A DNA stretch of 64,000 nucleotides from Bacteroidia bacterium (GTDB lineage Bacteria > Bacteroidota > Bacteroidia > NS11-12g > UBA9320): the NCBI GenBank assembly GCA_965216465.1, contig CBDCFW010000005.1:416001-480000 (forward strand), in the 5' to 3' direction. Below the pieces are notes generated by a model. It made no database searches and was not told where the DNA came from. It was given only the letters and a program-made list of their open reading frames with translations. The stretch's first letter is position 1. Each line of letters begins with the position of its first letter. This document shows, in pieces, positions 28,778 through 39,441 of this stretch. A program made the position numbers and the translations under genes.

Positions 28778-29376
28778 AATGCTTTCATTTCAAATCCTTG
28801 ATCCCTAACAAACCGCAGGTAGTTAGGCAACATCATCTTTAAATTCTTTTCCGCTTTTTCAGAGTCATGAAAAACAACAATCGTACCTTCATTGGTCTTT
28901 CGTTTCATGCGATTTAGTGATTTGTTTGTGTCTAGTCTTGGTTTATAATCCAACGATAGAAGATCCCACATTACAATGTCGTATTGCGTTAAATCTGAGA
29001 TAGCATTGAAGTTTATTCTTCCATAAGGAGGCCGAAATAGGCGTTCTTCTTTTATCTCTTCTTTACAAGCTTCAATCTCTTTCAAGTACTCCTCCTTTGC
29101 CATGCCCCATCCTTTAGCGTGGTGCTGGGTATGATTACCAATGGAATGCCCCCTTTCCTTGATTTCTTGAATTACATCTGGATATTTTCTCACATTGTCT
29201 CCAACCACAAAAAAGGTCGCTTTGGCATTTACTTTATCTAACTCATTTAGAACCCAAGGAGTTATTAATGGATGAGGTCCATCGTCGAACGTGACATATA
29301 TGCTCCGTTCTTCCCTAGACTTGTTCCAAACCAGTTGAGGCAACATCAGTTTATTAATGGAATTCCAAAATTTCAA
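28774..29376 (-). CDS. Polysaccharide deacetylase family protein
   Basis: TFDDGP, ATFF, GNHTQHH, FRPPYG and IVVFHD motifs; start placed at TTG 29376 below a TAGATTTG box. Confidence 0.9.
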   Translation of the reverse strand: MKFWNSINKLMLPQLVWNKSREERSIYVTFDDGPHPLITPWVLNELDKVNAKATFFVVGDNVRKYPDVIQEIKERGHSIGNHTQHHAKGWGMAKEEYLKEIEACKEEIKEERLFRPPYGRINFNAISDLTQYDIVMWDLLSLDYKPRLDTNKSLNRMKRKTNEGTIVVFHDSEKAEKNLKMMLPNYLRFVRDQGFEMKAL

Positions 29377-29479
29377 GACATGCAAATCTACTCAATCAAT
29401 AATAATAGCAGATTAATCGATGGATGAATTTAAGTTCTTGAGCTGATGTTAATTTTGAGAACTATTCTTTATCGAATTT

Positions 29480-30892
29480 ATGCGCACATTTCTTTTAATC
29501 TTCTCAGCTCTGCTTCTTTCTTGGACTCAAGCCCAAACAACAGAAAAATGGTCTTTGCAAAAGTGCATTGAATATGCTCACCAAAACAATACGGTCATTG
29601 CTCAAAGCCAAATTCAAGGAGAGATCATTAATAACAACCTCACCCAGGCTAAATTAAGTCGCTTACCAAACTTAAACGGCAGTGGCAATCACAATTACAA
29701 TACAGGACGTACAATCGATCCTTTCACTAATACGTTTAACAGCACTACAATTCAGTCGAACAGCTTCTCGCTTTCGAGTGGGGTGTTAATCTACGGTGGA
29801 AATCAGATTAACAACACCATCAAGCAAACGCGAGTAGCTCAACAAGCAAATTATCAAGGAATTGAAGTTGCTCAAAATCAAATTGCTCTGCAGGTTGCTT
29901 CAACCTACCTTCAAATAATTCAAGCGGAAGAAAATTTAAAAGTAGCGGAATCTCAGGTTGAGTTAACACAAAGTCAACTTGAACAAGCAGAAAAGAGATA
30001 CGAGAGTGGAGCTTCAAATCAAGGAATGGTTTTGAATATGAGAGCGCAATTGGCTAACGACAAGGTTCAAGTGGTCAATATGCAAAACCAAATACAAATG
30101 GCGTACAATGCCATGCTAAACTTATTGCAGATTCAAAATGACACTCCTTTTGAAATTGAGTTGATTCAGCTAGCTGAACTTCCAACAATGCCAATAGAAA
30201 GCGTTTCGGATTTATATACGATGGCTTTAAGTAATCTTCCTGAAATTCGGCAAGCTGAACTTGGCATCGAGCAAAGTAAACTTGGAGAAAAAATTGCTTC
30301 GGCAAGTTTACAACCAACCCTATCTGCCTATGGTAATGTTAATTCTGTTTACTCAGAAAGTGGTTTCGAACAACGCTTGGTTGGAACAGATATAGTGCCA
30401 ATAGGAATAACAGAAACCTCGAACGAAGTTGTTTTAGGACAATTTCCTAAATATGAGCTAGAGACTAAGTCTTTTGGAACACAACTTTCAGACAACCTTG
30501 GTCAGTCTGTAGGGTTATCGGTTCAAGTTCCAATTTTTAATGGATACCGTAATAAAACATCAGTTGAAAACGCAAAGCTCAATACACAAATTAGCGAGCT
30601 AAACTTACAAAACAGTAAAAATCAGTTGCGTAACGACATCACCACGGCATATACCAATCTTAAAGCTGCTAAAAGTCGATATGATGCTTCACTACTTAAT
30701 GCTGAAGCTCAGCTCACTAATTACGAATACAACCAAAAACGATTTGAAGCAGGTTTAGTAAACAGCTACGATCTTTTAAATGCCAAGAATCTCTGGTTCC
30801 AGGCCGAGGTTCAAAAAACAAATGCCAAATACGAATACATATTTAGAAATCTCATAATTGAATTTTATAAAGGAAACGAACTAAAACTATAA
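29480..30892 (+). CDS. TolC-family outer-membrane efflux protein
   Basis: WSLQKCIEYA, RLPNL, QVPIFNG and RFEAG motifs. Confidence 0.92.
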   Translation: MRTFLLIFSALLLSWTQAQTTEKWSLQKCIEYAHQNNTVIAQSQIQGEIINNNLTQAKLSRLPNLNGSGNHNYNTGRTIDPFTNTFNSTTIQSNSFSLSSGVLIYGGNQINNTIKQTRVAQQANYQGIEVAQNQIALQVASTYLQIIQAEENLKVAESQVELTQSQLEQAEKRYESGASNQGMVLNMRAQLANDKVQVVNMQNQIQMAYNAMLNLLQIQNDTPFEIELIQLAELPTMPIESVSDLYTMALSNLPEIRQAELGIEQSKLGEKIASASLQPTLSAYGNVNSVYSESGFEQRLVGTDIVPIGITETSNEVVLGQFPKYELETKSFGTQLSDNLGQSVGLSVQVPIFNGYRNKTSVENAKLNTQISELNLQNSKNQLRNDITTAYTNLKAAKSRYDASLLNAEAQLTNYEYNQKRFEAGLVNSYDLLNAKNLWFQAEVQKTNAKYEYIFRNLIIEFYKGNELKL

Positions 30893-30899
30893 GCTAGCG

Positions 30900-32192
30900 A
30901 TGAATAAAAAAACGATAATATGGGCTGCAGTTATTCTTGTCGTAATAGTTGGAGCAATCATGATAGGTAAGTCGAAAGATAGAGGCGTTATTCAAGTCTC
31001 TATAGATCAAATGACGAACCGCACCATAGTTTCAACAGTAACGGCAAATGGTAAAATCAGACCTGAAGCCGAAGTAAAAATAAGTGCCGATGTCTCAGGA
31101 GAAATTATTGAACTGAATGTTCAAGAAGGAGATACAGTTCAAGAGGGGCAACTGTTACTGAAAATTAACCCAGATTTGTACATCACTGCACGTGATAGAG
31201 CATTGGCGGGATTAAGCAGTTCGCAATCATCCTATAAATCAACCCAAGCCGTACTTACCCAGGCCGAAGCTAGATTTAGTGAACAAGAAGCGGCTTTTAA
31301 ACGCTCTAAGCAGTTGAAAGAAGACAACGTAATTAGTCAAGCTGAATTTGATGCCGCTAAGGCAGCGTACTTAGTAGCACAAAGCGAAGTAAAGGCAGCA
31401 AATGAACGTTTAGCTTCAGCAAAGTATGGGATTGACAATTCGTTGGCAACGCTCAATGAAGCAAACAAAAATCTTGGCCGAACTAGCATATACTCACCTA
31501 CAGACGGTGTAGTTTCTGCGTTGAATAATGAAAAAGGTGAACGCGTTGTGGGTACCGCTCAAATGGCTGGGACTGAAATCATGACCATCTCTAATTTCAA
31601 CAATATGGAAGTTATTGTTGATGTAAATGAGAACGACATCCTCGAAATAGAAGATAGCGATACGGTAGAGATTGAAATCGATGCGTATAACGATAGAGTG
31701 TTCACTGGAATCGTAACCGAAAGAGCAACTTCAGCAAACAACATATCTGGTATTGCAGCAAGCACTGACCAAGTAACGAATTTTGAGGTAAAAATTAGAA
31801 TCCTAAAAAGTAGTTACGGAGACCTATTAGCTAAAATGGAAACGCCATTTCTTCCTGGAATGAGTGCAAGTGTTGAAATTAGAACAGAAGTTAAAGAAAA
31901 CATCAATTGCCTGCCTATTGAAGCTGTTGGAACAAGAATAAGAGAACAAGACTCTACATCATCTGATGAAAAATTAGATGAAGTTGTATTTAGTATTGAT
32001 AATGATACCGCCGTTATGCATGTTGTTACAACAGGAATTCAGGATACACGATACATTGAAATATTAACAGGATTAGAAAAAGATCAAGAGCTTATTGTTG
32101 GGCCTTATGATGCAGTAAGCAAAAAATTGGATCAAGGCGATAAGGTTAAAGTATCGTCTAAAAAAGACCTACAAAAGCTTGACAAAGAATAG
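30900..32192 (+). CDS. Efflux periplasmic adaptor subunit (MacA/HlyD-like)
   Basis: VTANGKIRP..EVKISADVSGEI; IYSP.DG; PGMSA. Confidence 0.9.
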   Translation: MNKKTIIWAAVILVVIVGAIMIGKSKDRGVIQVSIDQMTNRTIVSTVTANGKIRPEAEVKISADVSGEIIELNVQEGDTVQEGQLLLKINPDLYITARDRALAGLSSSQSSYKSTQAVLTQAEARFSEQEAAFKRSKQLKEDNVISQAEFDAAKAAYLVAQSEVKAANERLASAKYGIDNSLATLNEANKNLGRTSIYSPTDGVVSALNNEKGERVVGTAQMAGTEIMTISNFNNMEVIVDVNENDILEIEDSDTVEIEIDAYNDRVFTGIVTERATSANNISGIAASTDQVTNFEVKIRILKSSYGDLLAKMETPFLPGMSASVEIRTEVKENINCLPIEAVGTRIREQDSTSSDEKLDEVVFSIDNDTAVMHVVTTGIQDTRYIEILTGLEKDQELIVGPYDAVSKKLDQGDKVKVSSKKDLQKLDKE

Positions 32193-32193
32193 C

Positions 32194-34608
32194 ATGAAAC
32201 AACTTACTACACTACTATTGGTTTTCTTCTCGATTCACAGCATTGGCCAGGTGAATTATCAAATTGATGGCATTTTACATTCAAATGATGAGCCAATTCC
32301 TTATGCCACGCTTATGTTACATTCAACAAGTGACTCAAGCATGGTTAAGGCTACATTCAGTGACAGTGTAGGAAGCTTTGTATTTACCGATATCTCAAAC
32401 GGATCGTACTTCATAAAAGTAAGTGCTATAGGTTACCTTCAAAAGCCTTCAGAAACTATTGTAGTACAGGGTAAAAATGTATCAATCGGCAAGCTTGAGA
32501 TTTCACCTAGCAGTCAAGTGCTAGAAGGATATGAGGTAGTAGCCATGCGTCCAATCATTGAAGTGGAGGCAGACAAATTGGTATTTAACGTTGACAAGAC
32601 CTTAAATGCAACAGGCTCAAATGGATATGATCTCTTAAGAAAGGCTCCAGGTGTTGTTATTGACAACAATGGTCAGATTATTCTTGAAGGTAAATCGGGA
32701 ATTCAAATTTTCATTAACGGTAAGCAATCATTCTTGTCCGGTGATGATTTAATTAGTTACCTTAAATCACTTCAGTCATCAAACATTGATGCCGTTGAAA
32801 TTATAACACAACCATCTTCTAAATACGATGCGGCTGGTAATGCCGGAATTATAAATATTCGGTTAAAGAAAAGCAGTGATGAAGGAACTAATGGCTCTGT
32901 TACTGCAGGATACAGTTATGGAGTAAATCACCGAAGCAATTTGTCAGGAGTTTTAAATCACCGTAAAAAGAAAAGTAATTTCTACTCTTCTCTTAACAAT
33001 AGCTTAGGAAACACTTGGAGATTTGTTGACTTCAATAGGCTGCAAGAAGGGTTTAACTATATTTCAGAAACAGACAATAAACAAAGTGTGAATTCGATTA
33101 ATGGCCTCATGGGCTACGACTGGTTCATAAACGACAAACATACCTTTGGCGTTTTAGCTTCGGGCAACTTGATGTCGACAGATCTTTTGAGCGGAACCGT
33201 TACAACCATTTCGCCAGAAAACTCAAATGTGATTAATCAAACCCTGATTTCCGAAAGCAATAAAGAAGGACACAATTACCAAGTGGCTGGAAATGTGAAC
33301 TACAACTATAAAGATAGTCTTGGTCACGAATTAACGGTGAATGGTGACTACGCACTATTTAATCGAGTGGCCGTGAGCTATCAACCCAATACTTATTACG
33401 AAGGAAATTCGAATGTGAAGCAGTTTGAAAATAACTATCGAATGAACACCCCAACATCGATCGAAATTGCTGCAGCGAATGTTGATTATTCATTTAAGCT
33501 TTTAAAAGGGAAGGCATCAGTTGGGGCAAAATATTCTTCAGTAGCAACAGACAACACTTTTGAATTCTTTGGAATAGAGAACGAAGTTGATGTTTTGGAT
33601 TCAAACAGGACCAACTATTTCTCCTACACTGAGCGTGTTACTGCGGGTTATGTAAACTATGCTCGAAAAATTTCAAAAAAATTAAACTTTCAAGGAGGAT
33701 TGAGAGTAGAACGCACGCAATCACACGGAATTTTAACGAGTTTTAAAACGATAAATGACAATGAAGTTAAGCGTGACTACACCAACTACTTTCCTAGTGC
33801 AGGGTTAACCTATAATCAAAGCTCAAAACACATTTTTTCGGTTAATTACAGTAAGCGTATTCAAAGACCAAACTATCAATCTCTAAATCCATTTGAAGAG
33901 CAAATTAATGAACTTGCATACCGTAAAGGTAATCCGTTCTTGCAACCGCAATATGGATCGAATATGAAACTTACTCATTTATTTAAAAGAAGATATTCTA
34001 CATCAATCACCTACAGTTTTATTCAAGATTACTTCGCTCAGATTACCGATACGCTGGGCACGAATAAAAGCTTCTTAGTTCCACGTAACGTTGCCAATCA
34101 ACAGGTAATTACGCTTGGTGCTAGCTTACCTATACAAGTAACCAAGTGGTGGAATATGTTTCTGAATATGAACGCCTACCAAACTTCATATGAAGGAACA
34201 GACGACAAGTTTCAACCCATTGACATCAACACCTTCGGACTATATACTCAAAATACGTTCAAACTTCCTAAAGATTTAAAACTAGAGGTGTCTGGTTGGT
34301 ATAGAACACCTTCTATTTGGGGAGGAACCTATTTAACAAAAAGTATGGGAGCCATGAATGTGGCATTCGAGCGTAAGTTTTTGAACGAGCTGTTGGTTAC
34401 TCGTCTTGCATTCTCAGACATCTTTTTTACCAGTCCATGGCGAGCTAATTTGCAATATGGTGTATTGATAAGCTCTGGAACTGGAGGTTGGGAAAGTCGA
34501 AAAGTAGATTTTACCGTGACCTATCAATTGGGAAATCAAAAACTTAAACGATATCGTCAGCGTGAGACCAGCTTAGACGAGGAAAAGAACAGAACAAGTA
34601 GACCATAG
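32194..34608 (+). CDS. TonB-dependent receptor-like outer-membrane beta-barrel protein
   Basis: N-terminal carboxypeptidase-regulatory-like domain; EIITQPSSKYDAAGNAGIINI plug; GNPFLQP. Confidence 0.85.
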   Translation: MKQLTTLLLVFFSIHSIGQVNYQIDGILHSNDEPIPYATLMLHSTSDSSMVKATFSDSVGSFVFTDISNGSYFIKVSAIGYLQKPSETIVVQGKNVSIGKLEISPSSQVLEGYEVVAMRPIIEVEADKLVFNVDKTLNATGSNGYDLLRKAPGVVIDNNGQIILEGKSGIQIFINGKQSFLSGDDLISYLKSLQSSNIDAVEIITQPSSKYDAAGNAGIINIRLKKSSDEGTNGSVTAGYSYGVNHRSNLSGVLNHRKKKSNFYSSLNNSLGNTWRFVDFNRLQEGFNYISETDNKQSVNSINGLMGYDWFINDKHTFGVLASGNLMSTDLLSGTVTTISPENSNVINQTLISESNKEGHNYQVAGNVNYNYKDSLGHELTVNGDYALFNRVAVSYQPNTYYEGNSNVKQFENNYRMNTPTSIEIAAANVDYSFKLLKGKASVGAKYSSVATDNTFEFFGIENEVDVLDSNRTNYFSYTERVTAGYVNYARKISKKLNFQGGLRVERTQSHGILTSFKTINDNEVKRDYTNYFPSAGLTYNQSSKHIFSVNYSKRIQRPNYQSLNPFEEQINELAYRKGNPFLQPQYGSNMKLTHLFKRRYSTSITYSFIQDYFAQITDTLGTNKSFLVPRNVANQQVITLGASLPIQVTKWWNMFLNMNAYQTSYEGTDDKFQPIDINTFGLYTQNTFKLPKDLKLEVSGWYRTPSIWGGTYLTKSMGAMNVAFERKFLNELLVTRLAFSDIFFTSPWRANLQYGVLISSGTGGWESRKVDFTVTYQLGNQKLKRYRQRETSLDEEKNRTSRP

Positions 34609-34610
34609 AA

Positions 34611-35057
34611 ATGCACCTGAAAAGAACCACTTCATTAAACACAGACTTTATCAATCTAGTGAAGCAGCTTGATGCTGAGTTAGCTGTTGTTGATGGCGAT
34701 GATCATGATTTTTACCACCAATTTAATGGTATTGAAGATTTAAAACATGTGGTTGTTGCATACAGTGGTGATTTTGCTGTTGGCTGCGGTGCCGTAAAAC
34801 CCCTTAGCGATCTCAGTATGGAAGTAAAGCGGATGTTTGTTCCCAAAGAAAATAGAAAGCAAGGAATTGCTAGCGAGGTACTCCGTGAACTCGAGATTTG
34901 GAGTAAAGAACTTGGATTTTCAACCTGTCGGTTAGAGACCGGTAAAAAGCAAGAAGCTGCTAATCAACTTTATCTGTCGAAAGGATACAACATCATTCCC
35001 AATTATGGGCAGTATGCGGGTGTTGAAAATAGCATCTGCTTCGAAAAGGAACTTTAA
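34611..35057 (+). CDS. GNAT-family N-acetyltransferase
   Basis: GCGA, EVKRMFV..R.QG, LETG..Q..A..LY..GY and SICFEK motifs. Confidence 0.9.
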   Translation: MHLKRTTSLNTDFINLVKQLDAELAVVDGDDHDFYHQFNGIEDLKHVVVAYSGDFAVGCGAVKPLSDLSMEVKRMFVPKENRKQGIASEVLRELEIWSKELGFSTCRLETGKKQEAANQLYLSKGYNIIPNYGQYAGVENSICFEKEL

Positions 35058-35095
35058 ATCAATCTCAAATTTGCACGTATATTTGACTGCAAGAA

Positions 35096-35950
35096 ATGTC
35101 AGTCAAAAAAACAATCTTACTTGTTCTAGTTTCAGTTTTTGTTGCTACTTGTTCATTGCACAAATCTGGAATTAACGCAAAATCTTCAGCAATAAATGAT
35201 AGCACATTAGGAAGTTGGTATGCTAAAGGTTTGGCCGGTTCTTATGTATACATGTACAGTGATAAAAAACCGCAGTTCAGTTTAGAAGATAGAGATTATG
35301 GTGAATTTCTTGCTGGATTTAAGGGTATCTTGTTGTACACAGACTTAAAGTATGCTATAACAGATTATTTAAAAGAGCAGGGACTGATCGAAAAAGAAGT
35401 TCATCCTTCTCACGACGACATAACCCCATTCGAAATTCTTTCGGGTCACAATGCATTTACATCAGGTCAGAAAAAGATGAGAGGCTGGGGAATAATTAAA
35501 GATGGTAAGCAAGACTTTCATCATTACAATACCGCAATTATTAAATGGGGATACGAAAATTTAATCCCATCGCCAGAATCAATGATTGGCGATCGAACGG
35601 CCCAAGAAGTGTATGATAATATGTTTACGCGGTTCTTTAGAACACTAACAGCCAGCTACATCTACCTCAATAACAATAACTATGATGCAGAAGTTACTGC
35701 ATATCAAGCAAATTTTGATAATGTTGAATTTCAGGCAAAACATTATCTTGAGCAACGCTTTGGAGGCAAACTTCAACAATTTGAGAATCACGAAATACTT
35801 CCTGTAATGAAGCCATCTATGGCATTTGGATTTTGGATGAGGAGAAAGATTGATGGAAGCCATTCAGAGTTTTGGACCGGTCTATCAAAAGTTATGATGA
35901 CCTTCGATAAAACATGGTTTGAAGAGAACACCAAGCTAATGAAAAAATGA
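35096..35950 (+). CDS. Hypothetical exported (possibly lipo-) protein
   Basis: 284-aa ORF with signal peptide and VATC; preceded by a TATATTTG box; no family recognised. Confidence 0.6.
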   Translation: MSVKKTILLVLVSVFVATCSLHKSGINAKSSAINDSTLGSWYAKGLAGSYVYMYSDKKPQFSLEDRDYGEFLAGFKGILLYTDLKYAITDYLKEQGLIEKEVHPSHDDITPFEILSGHNAFTSGQKKMRGWGIIKDGKQDFHHYNTAIIKWGYENLIPSPESMIGDRTAQEVYDNMFTRFFRTLTASYIYLNNNNYDAEVTAYQANFDNVEFQAKHYLEQRFGGKLQQFENHEILPVMKPSMAFGFWMRRKIDGSHSEFWTGLSKVMMTFDKTWFEENTKLMKK

Positions 35951-36759
35951 AAGAAGAAAACGCATACATTTTAGGTACCGATGCAGATGAATTATACCGC
36001 TTAGGTTTACAACACGAAGTCTGGTCGAGCGAAGCACAACGAGGTTGGAAAACAGCTGGATTTAGAGCGGGTCAAACCATTCTAGACCTAGGATGTGGAC
36101 CCGGTTTCTGCACACGTGAACTTGCCTATATTGCAGGAAAGGAAGGCAAAGTAATTGGTATTGATAAGTCAGAAGGGTACATTAACTATCTTCAACAACT
36201 TGCGACTACCAATGCATTACCCATTGAAGCTATCGCTGCAGATTTTGACGAGATGCAATTGCAAGACAATAGTATTGACATGATGTATTGTCGTTGGGCA
36301 ATGGCTTGGATTCCTAACCCTAAAGAAATTTTGACAAAAGTCTTTAAAGCACTTAAACCAGGAGGCAAGGTGGTATTGCACGAATACTACGATTGGTCGA
36401 CCCACCAGACTGAACCACAAACTCCTGCACTGAAAGACGCGATCGCCGCTTGTCTAAAAAGCTTTAAGGAACAACCCGGAGACATCGATGTTGGTCGCTA
36501 TCTCCCACAAATGTTAACCGATATTGGGATGAAGGTTACCCATACCCGTCCAATGTCAAAAATTGCCACACCTGAAAACTTAGCTTGGCAGTGGCCGAGG
36601 TCGTTTTATCACATTTATTTCCATAAGCTTGTTGAGTATGGCTACCTAACTGAAGAGCAAGTTTCGAACGCACTAAAAGAGCACGCAGAATTGGAGCAAA
36701 AAGCCGGAACGACATTACTTTGTCCGCTGCTTATTGAGGTAATAGCAGAGAAAGCGTAG
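35947..36759 (+). CDS. Class I SAM-dependent methyltransferase
   Basis: ILDLGCGPG; LKPGG; ATGA overlap with the upstream gene. Confidence 0.88.
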   Translation: MKEENAYILGTDADELYRLGLQHEVWSSEAQRGWKTAGFRAGQTILDLGCGPGFCTRELAYIAGKEGKVIGIDKSEGYINYLQQLATTNALPIEAIAADFDEMQLQDNSIDMMYCRWAMAWIPNPKEILTKVFKALKPGGKVVLHEYYDWSTHQTEPQTPALKDAIAACLKSFKEQPGDIDVGRYLPQMLTDIGMKVTHTRPMSKIATPENLAWQWPRSFYHIYFHKLVEYGYLTEEQVSNALKEHAELEQKAGTTLLCPLLIEVIAEKA

Positions 36760-36846
36760 GTCTTCTATCGGATAGGTTCATCCTTTAAACCAAAGTTTTA
36801 GGATAGACAAAGACTACCTCGTAAGTTCGGTGAAAATCGAATCACC

Positions 36847-37359
36847 ATGAAGAAACTTATAATCATCCTGCTTCTCTCTCCTATTCTTTCTTTTGCTAGC
36901 GAAAAACATCACGGACCTGAAACATCATCACTTGATAGTATAGTTTTTCATTTGTATGATGTTATATCGGGCGAAAAGGGTGAAGAACGTAACTGGGAAT
37001 TAATGCGAAGCCTATTTCATCCCGATGCAAAACTTATACCTTCTGGGATGGCTAAAGACTCACTTTACAAAGCTCGATACATTACGCCAGATCAGTATAT
37101 CGAGAAATCGGGCGAGTGGTTGGTAAAAAACGGATTTCATGAAGAAGAAATTCACCGTGAAGTTCAACGATTCGGTAATATCGCTCATGTATTTAGCACC
37201 TACGAAGCGTTTAATAGCAAAGACGATGCAGAACCATTTATGAGAGGAATAAATAGCATACAGCTACTCTTTGACGGTTCAAGGTGGTGGATTATAAATA
37301 TCTATTGGACCCAAGAATCGGAAGAAAATCCTATTCCAGAAATATATTTGCCAGACTAA
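36847..37359 (+). CDS. Exported NTF2/SnoaL-like protein
   Basis: Signal peptide; LYDVISG; FGNIAHVFSTY; RGINSIQL..DG.RWWI. Confidence 0.7.
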   Translation: MKKLIIILLLSPILSFASEKHHGPETSSLDSIVFHLYDVISGEKGEERNWELMRSLFHPDAKLIPSGMAKDSLYKARYITPDQYIEKSGEWLVKNGFHEEEIHREVQRFGNIAHVFSTYEAFNSKDDAEPFMRGINSIQLLFDGSRWWIINIYWTQESEENPIPEIYLPD

Positions 37360-37964
37360 TGCAAATCACTACCGAAGATCAGCTTCGTGAATACTATGGA
37401 TTCCCTGGTGCAAGAGCCCGTGACAAGGTTTTAAAGGCCTTAGATGCACATGCAAAAAACTTTATTGAACACTCGCCTTTCCTTACGCTTGGAACAAAAG
37501 GTGCCAGCGGCAAAATGGATGTTTCTCCGCGAGGAGGACAAAAAGGATTTGTCAGTATTATAGATGATCAAACCATCATCATTCCTGATTCACGAGGCAA
37601 CAACCGATTAGATTCGCTGGTGAACATTCTTGAAACTAAACAAGTTGGCTTGTTATTCTTTCTACCTGGCGTTGATGAAACTTTGCGCATAAATGGTAGT
37701 GCAATCCTAACCACTAAGCCTGAATATTTGGAGTTATACAAAGACGACCTAAATCCTCCTAAAACGTGTATTGAGATTACGGTTGACGAAGTATTCCTGC
37801 ATTGTGCGAAGGCCTTTATGCGATCAAAGCTTTGGGATGCGGATTCGCAAATCAAGCGATCTGAATTTCCAACCATGGGGCAAATGCTAAAGGATCAACT
37901 AAATTCAGATGGAGAACCTGAGACTTTGGAAGCGATGAAGGAAAGATACCGAAAAGAGCTGTAA
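37359..37964 (+). CDS. Pyridoxamine 5'-phosphate oxidase family FMN-binding protein
   Basis: DVSPRG, PD.RGNNRLD, ETLRING and HCAKAFMRSKLW motifs; ATG overlaps the upstream TAA. Confidence 0.88.
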   Translation: MQITTEDQLREYYGFPGARARDKVLKALDAHAKNFIEHSPFLTLGTKGASGKMDVSPRGGQKGFVSIIDDQTIIIPDSRGNNRLDSLVNILETKQVGLLFFLPGVDETLRINGSAILTTKPEYLELYKDDLNPPKTCIEITVDEVFLHCAKAFMRSKLWDADSQIKRSEFPTMGQMLKDQLNSDGEPETLEAMKERYRKEL

Positions 37965-37965
37965 A

Positions 37966-38379
37966 CTATTTTTCGTCTAATGATTGCTTGATAATCTCTT
38001 CTAAGACAGCAGTATCAACATCATCAAGCTTGTTAATATAAAGGCAACCCACTCCAGTTTTGTGCTTGCCCAGCTTAGATAATACTTCAGATTGAGCTTT
38101 TAGGTCCAGAATTAAATGTAGCGATATATTGGCCTTTCGCGGAGCAAAGCCAATCTTGAACCAATCAACTTCTCTTCCTGTATTAGGACTTTTGTACCGC
38201 TTGTTTCCAAAGCCAATCATTGACTTACCCCACATTTTGGCCTTTTCACCAGAGGCCTGTTCCATCATTTTTAGAATCTCAAAACTGTCAATGCGCTTTT
38301 GTTCGTCTGCAACTGAATTAAGATAATCTTTTACACTTGCTTCAGTTTCCTTGGTTTTAATGTTGGCTACTTTCCCCAT
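37966..38379 (-). CDS. DUF1801 domain-containing protein
   Basis: KMWG.SMIGFG; GFAPRK; LGKHKTG.GCLYINKL. Confidence 0.85.
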   Translation of the reverse strand: MGKVANIKTKETEASVKDYLNSVADEQKRIDSFEILKMMEQASGEKAKMWGKSMIGFGNKRYKSPNTGREVDWFKIGFAPRKANISLHLILDLKAQSEVLSKLGKHKTGVGCLYINKLDDVDTAVLEEIIKQSLDEK

Positions 38380-38433
38380 GACTTAGTTTTCTGCTAAGCT
38401 AGTGATTTTTGATGGCTTCGTTATATTCGTGTC

Positions 38434-38793
38434 GTGCGAATCTTGCAATTTGAAATCTCTGGAATTGAGTTTAAAGAGCTGGCAAATCAAATTTATACCC
38501 GATTTGAATTCAAGTTTCACAATGCGAGTGATGATATGATTTTCATGATTTACGAGCGATCTTATCTTTATGAGATTAGTGTTTGCAACATAATTTCCAT
38601 TAAAAAGCAAGGCGTCAAACTGGTACTTGATGCCATATCATCTAATGCCGCTTTAACACTCCGACGTTCAACCTGGGGTCAAAGACGGTTTCATAAACAC
38701 GTGAGAAAAATCATGAAGCAACTACAAGAAGAAAATGGCTTCGAAATGGTCGAAATAAAAGATGAGCTTATACCTTGGAATGGCCACGCTTAG
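38434..38793 (+). CDS. Hypothetical protein
   Basis: 119-aa ORF filling the gap; GTG start 4 nt below a TATATTCG box. Confidence 0.55.
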   Translation: MRILQFEISGIEFKELANQIYTRFEFKFHNASDDMIFMIYERSYLYEISVCNIISIKKQGVKLVLDAISSNAALTLRRSTWGQRRFHKHVRKIMKQLQEENGFEMVEIKDELIPWNGHA

Positions 38794-38795
38794 TT

Positions 38796-39425
38796 CTAAC
38801 CCCAAGTAGAAGGACTTTCGCGCCATTCGTTCAAACGACTTACATCCTCTGCTTTAACATAGCCAGTTTCTTGAGCATGCTCGATTAAGCTAGCGTAGTT
38901 TCCTAAAGTAATGTACTTGCAATCAGCATTATTGAAGTTGTCTTCGGCAACCTGGAAACCGTACGTAAAGATTGCAGCCATACCCATCACGTTATATCCT
39001 TCTTTTCTCAGATATTCAACAACTTTTAAGCTGCTTCCACCCGTACTGATTAAGTCTTCTAAAACCACAATCTTGGCATTAGCATCAACCTTGCCTTCTA
39101 ATTGTCTTTTAAGACCGTGCTCCTTTGGCTTAGGTCGACAGTAAGCATAACTTAAGTTCAATTCGTCAGCCACTAATGCACCCATAGCAATTCCTGCCGT
39201 AGCTACCCCTATGATAGCATCTACATCTGGAAACTCTTCTTTTATCTTGGCTGAAAGCATTCGTTTGATTTCAGCACGGTGTTCTGCGTAAGATAGAACA
39301 GTACGGTTGTCACAATAGATAGGAGAATTCCATCCGCTTGACCACTTAAACGGATTATCTGGAGATAATTTAATCGCACTTGTTTCTAACAATATTTTAG
39401 CGATTTTTGCTTCTGAATTAATCAT
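38796..39425 (-). CDS. pyrE: Orotate phosphoribosyltransferase
   Basis: SGWNSPIYCDNR, GVATAGI, PKEHG and VLEDLISTGGS motifs. Confidence 0.96.
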   Translation of the reverse strand: MINSEAKIAKILLETSAIKLSPDNPFKWSSGWNSPIYCDNRTVLSYAEHRAEIKRMLSAKIKEEFPDVDAIIGVATAGIAMGALVADELNLSYAYCRPKPKEHGLKRQLEGKVDANAKIVVLEDLISTGGSSLKVVEYLRKEGYNVMGMAAIFTYGFQVAEDNFNNADCKYITLGNYASLIEHAQETGYVKAEDVSRLNEWRESPSTWG

Positions 39426-39441
39426 TTTTAACGGGCTACAA

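Noticed and set aside
29480-32192. TolC plus adaptor without an inner-membrane transporter
   Set aside because: Common in Bacteroidota, where the ABC components are often encoded elsewhere
34611-38793. Run of small accessory-type genes as an integron cassette array
   Set aside because: Genes abut or overlap, several have their own promoters, and no attC-like inverted repeats or intI were seen
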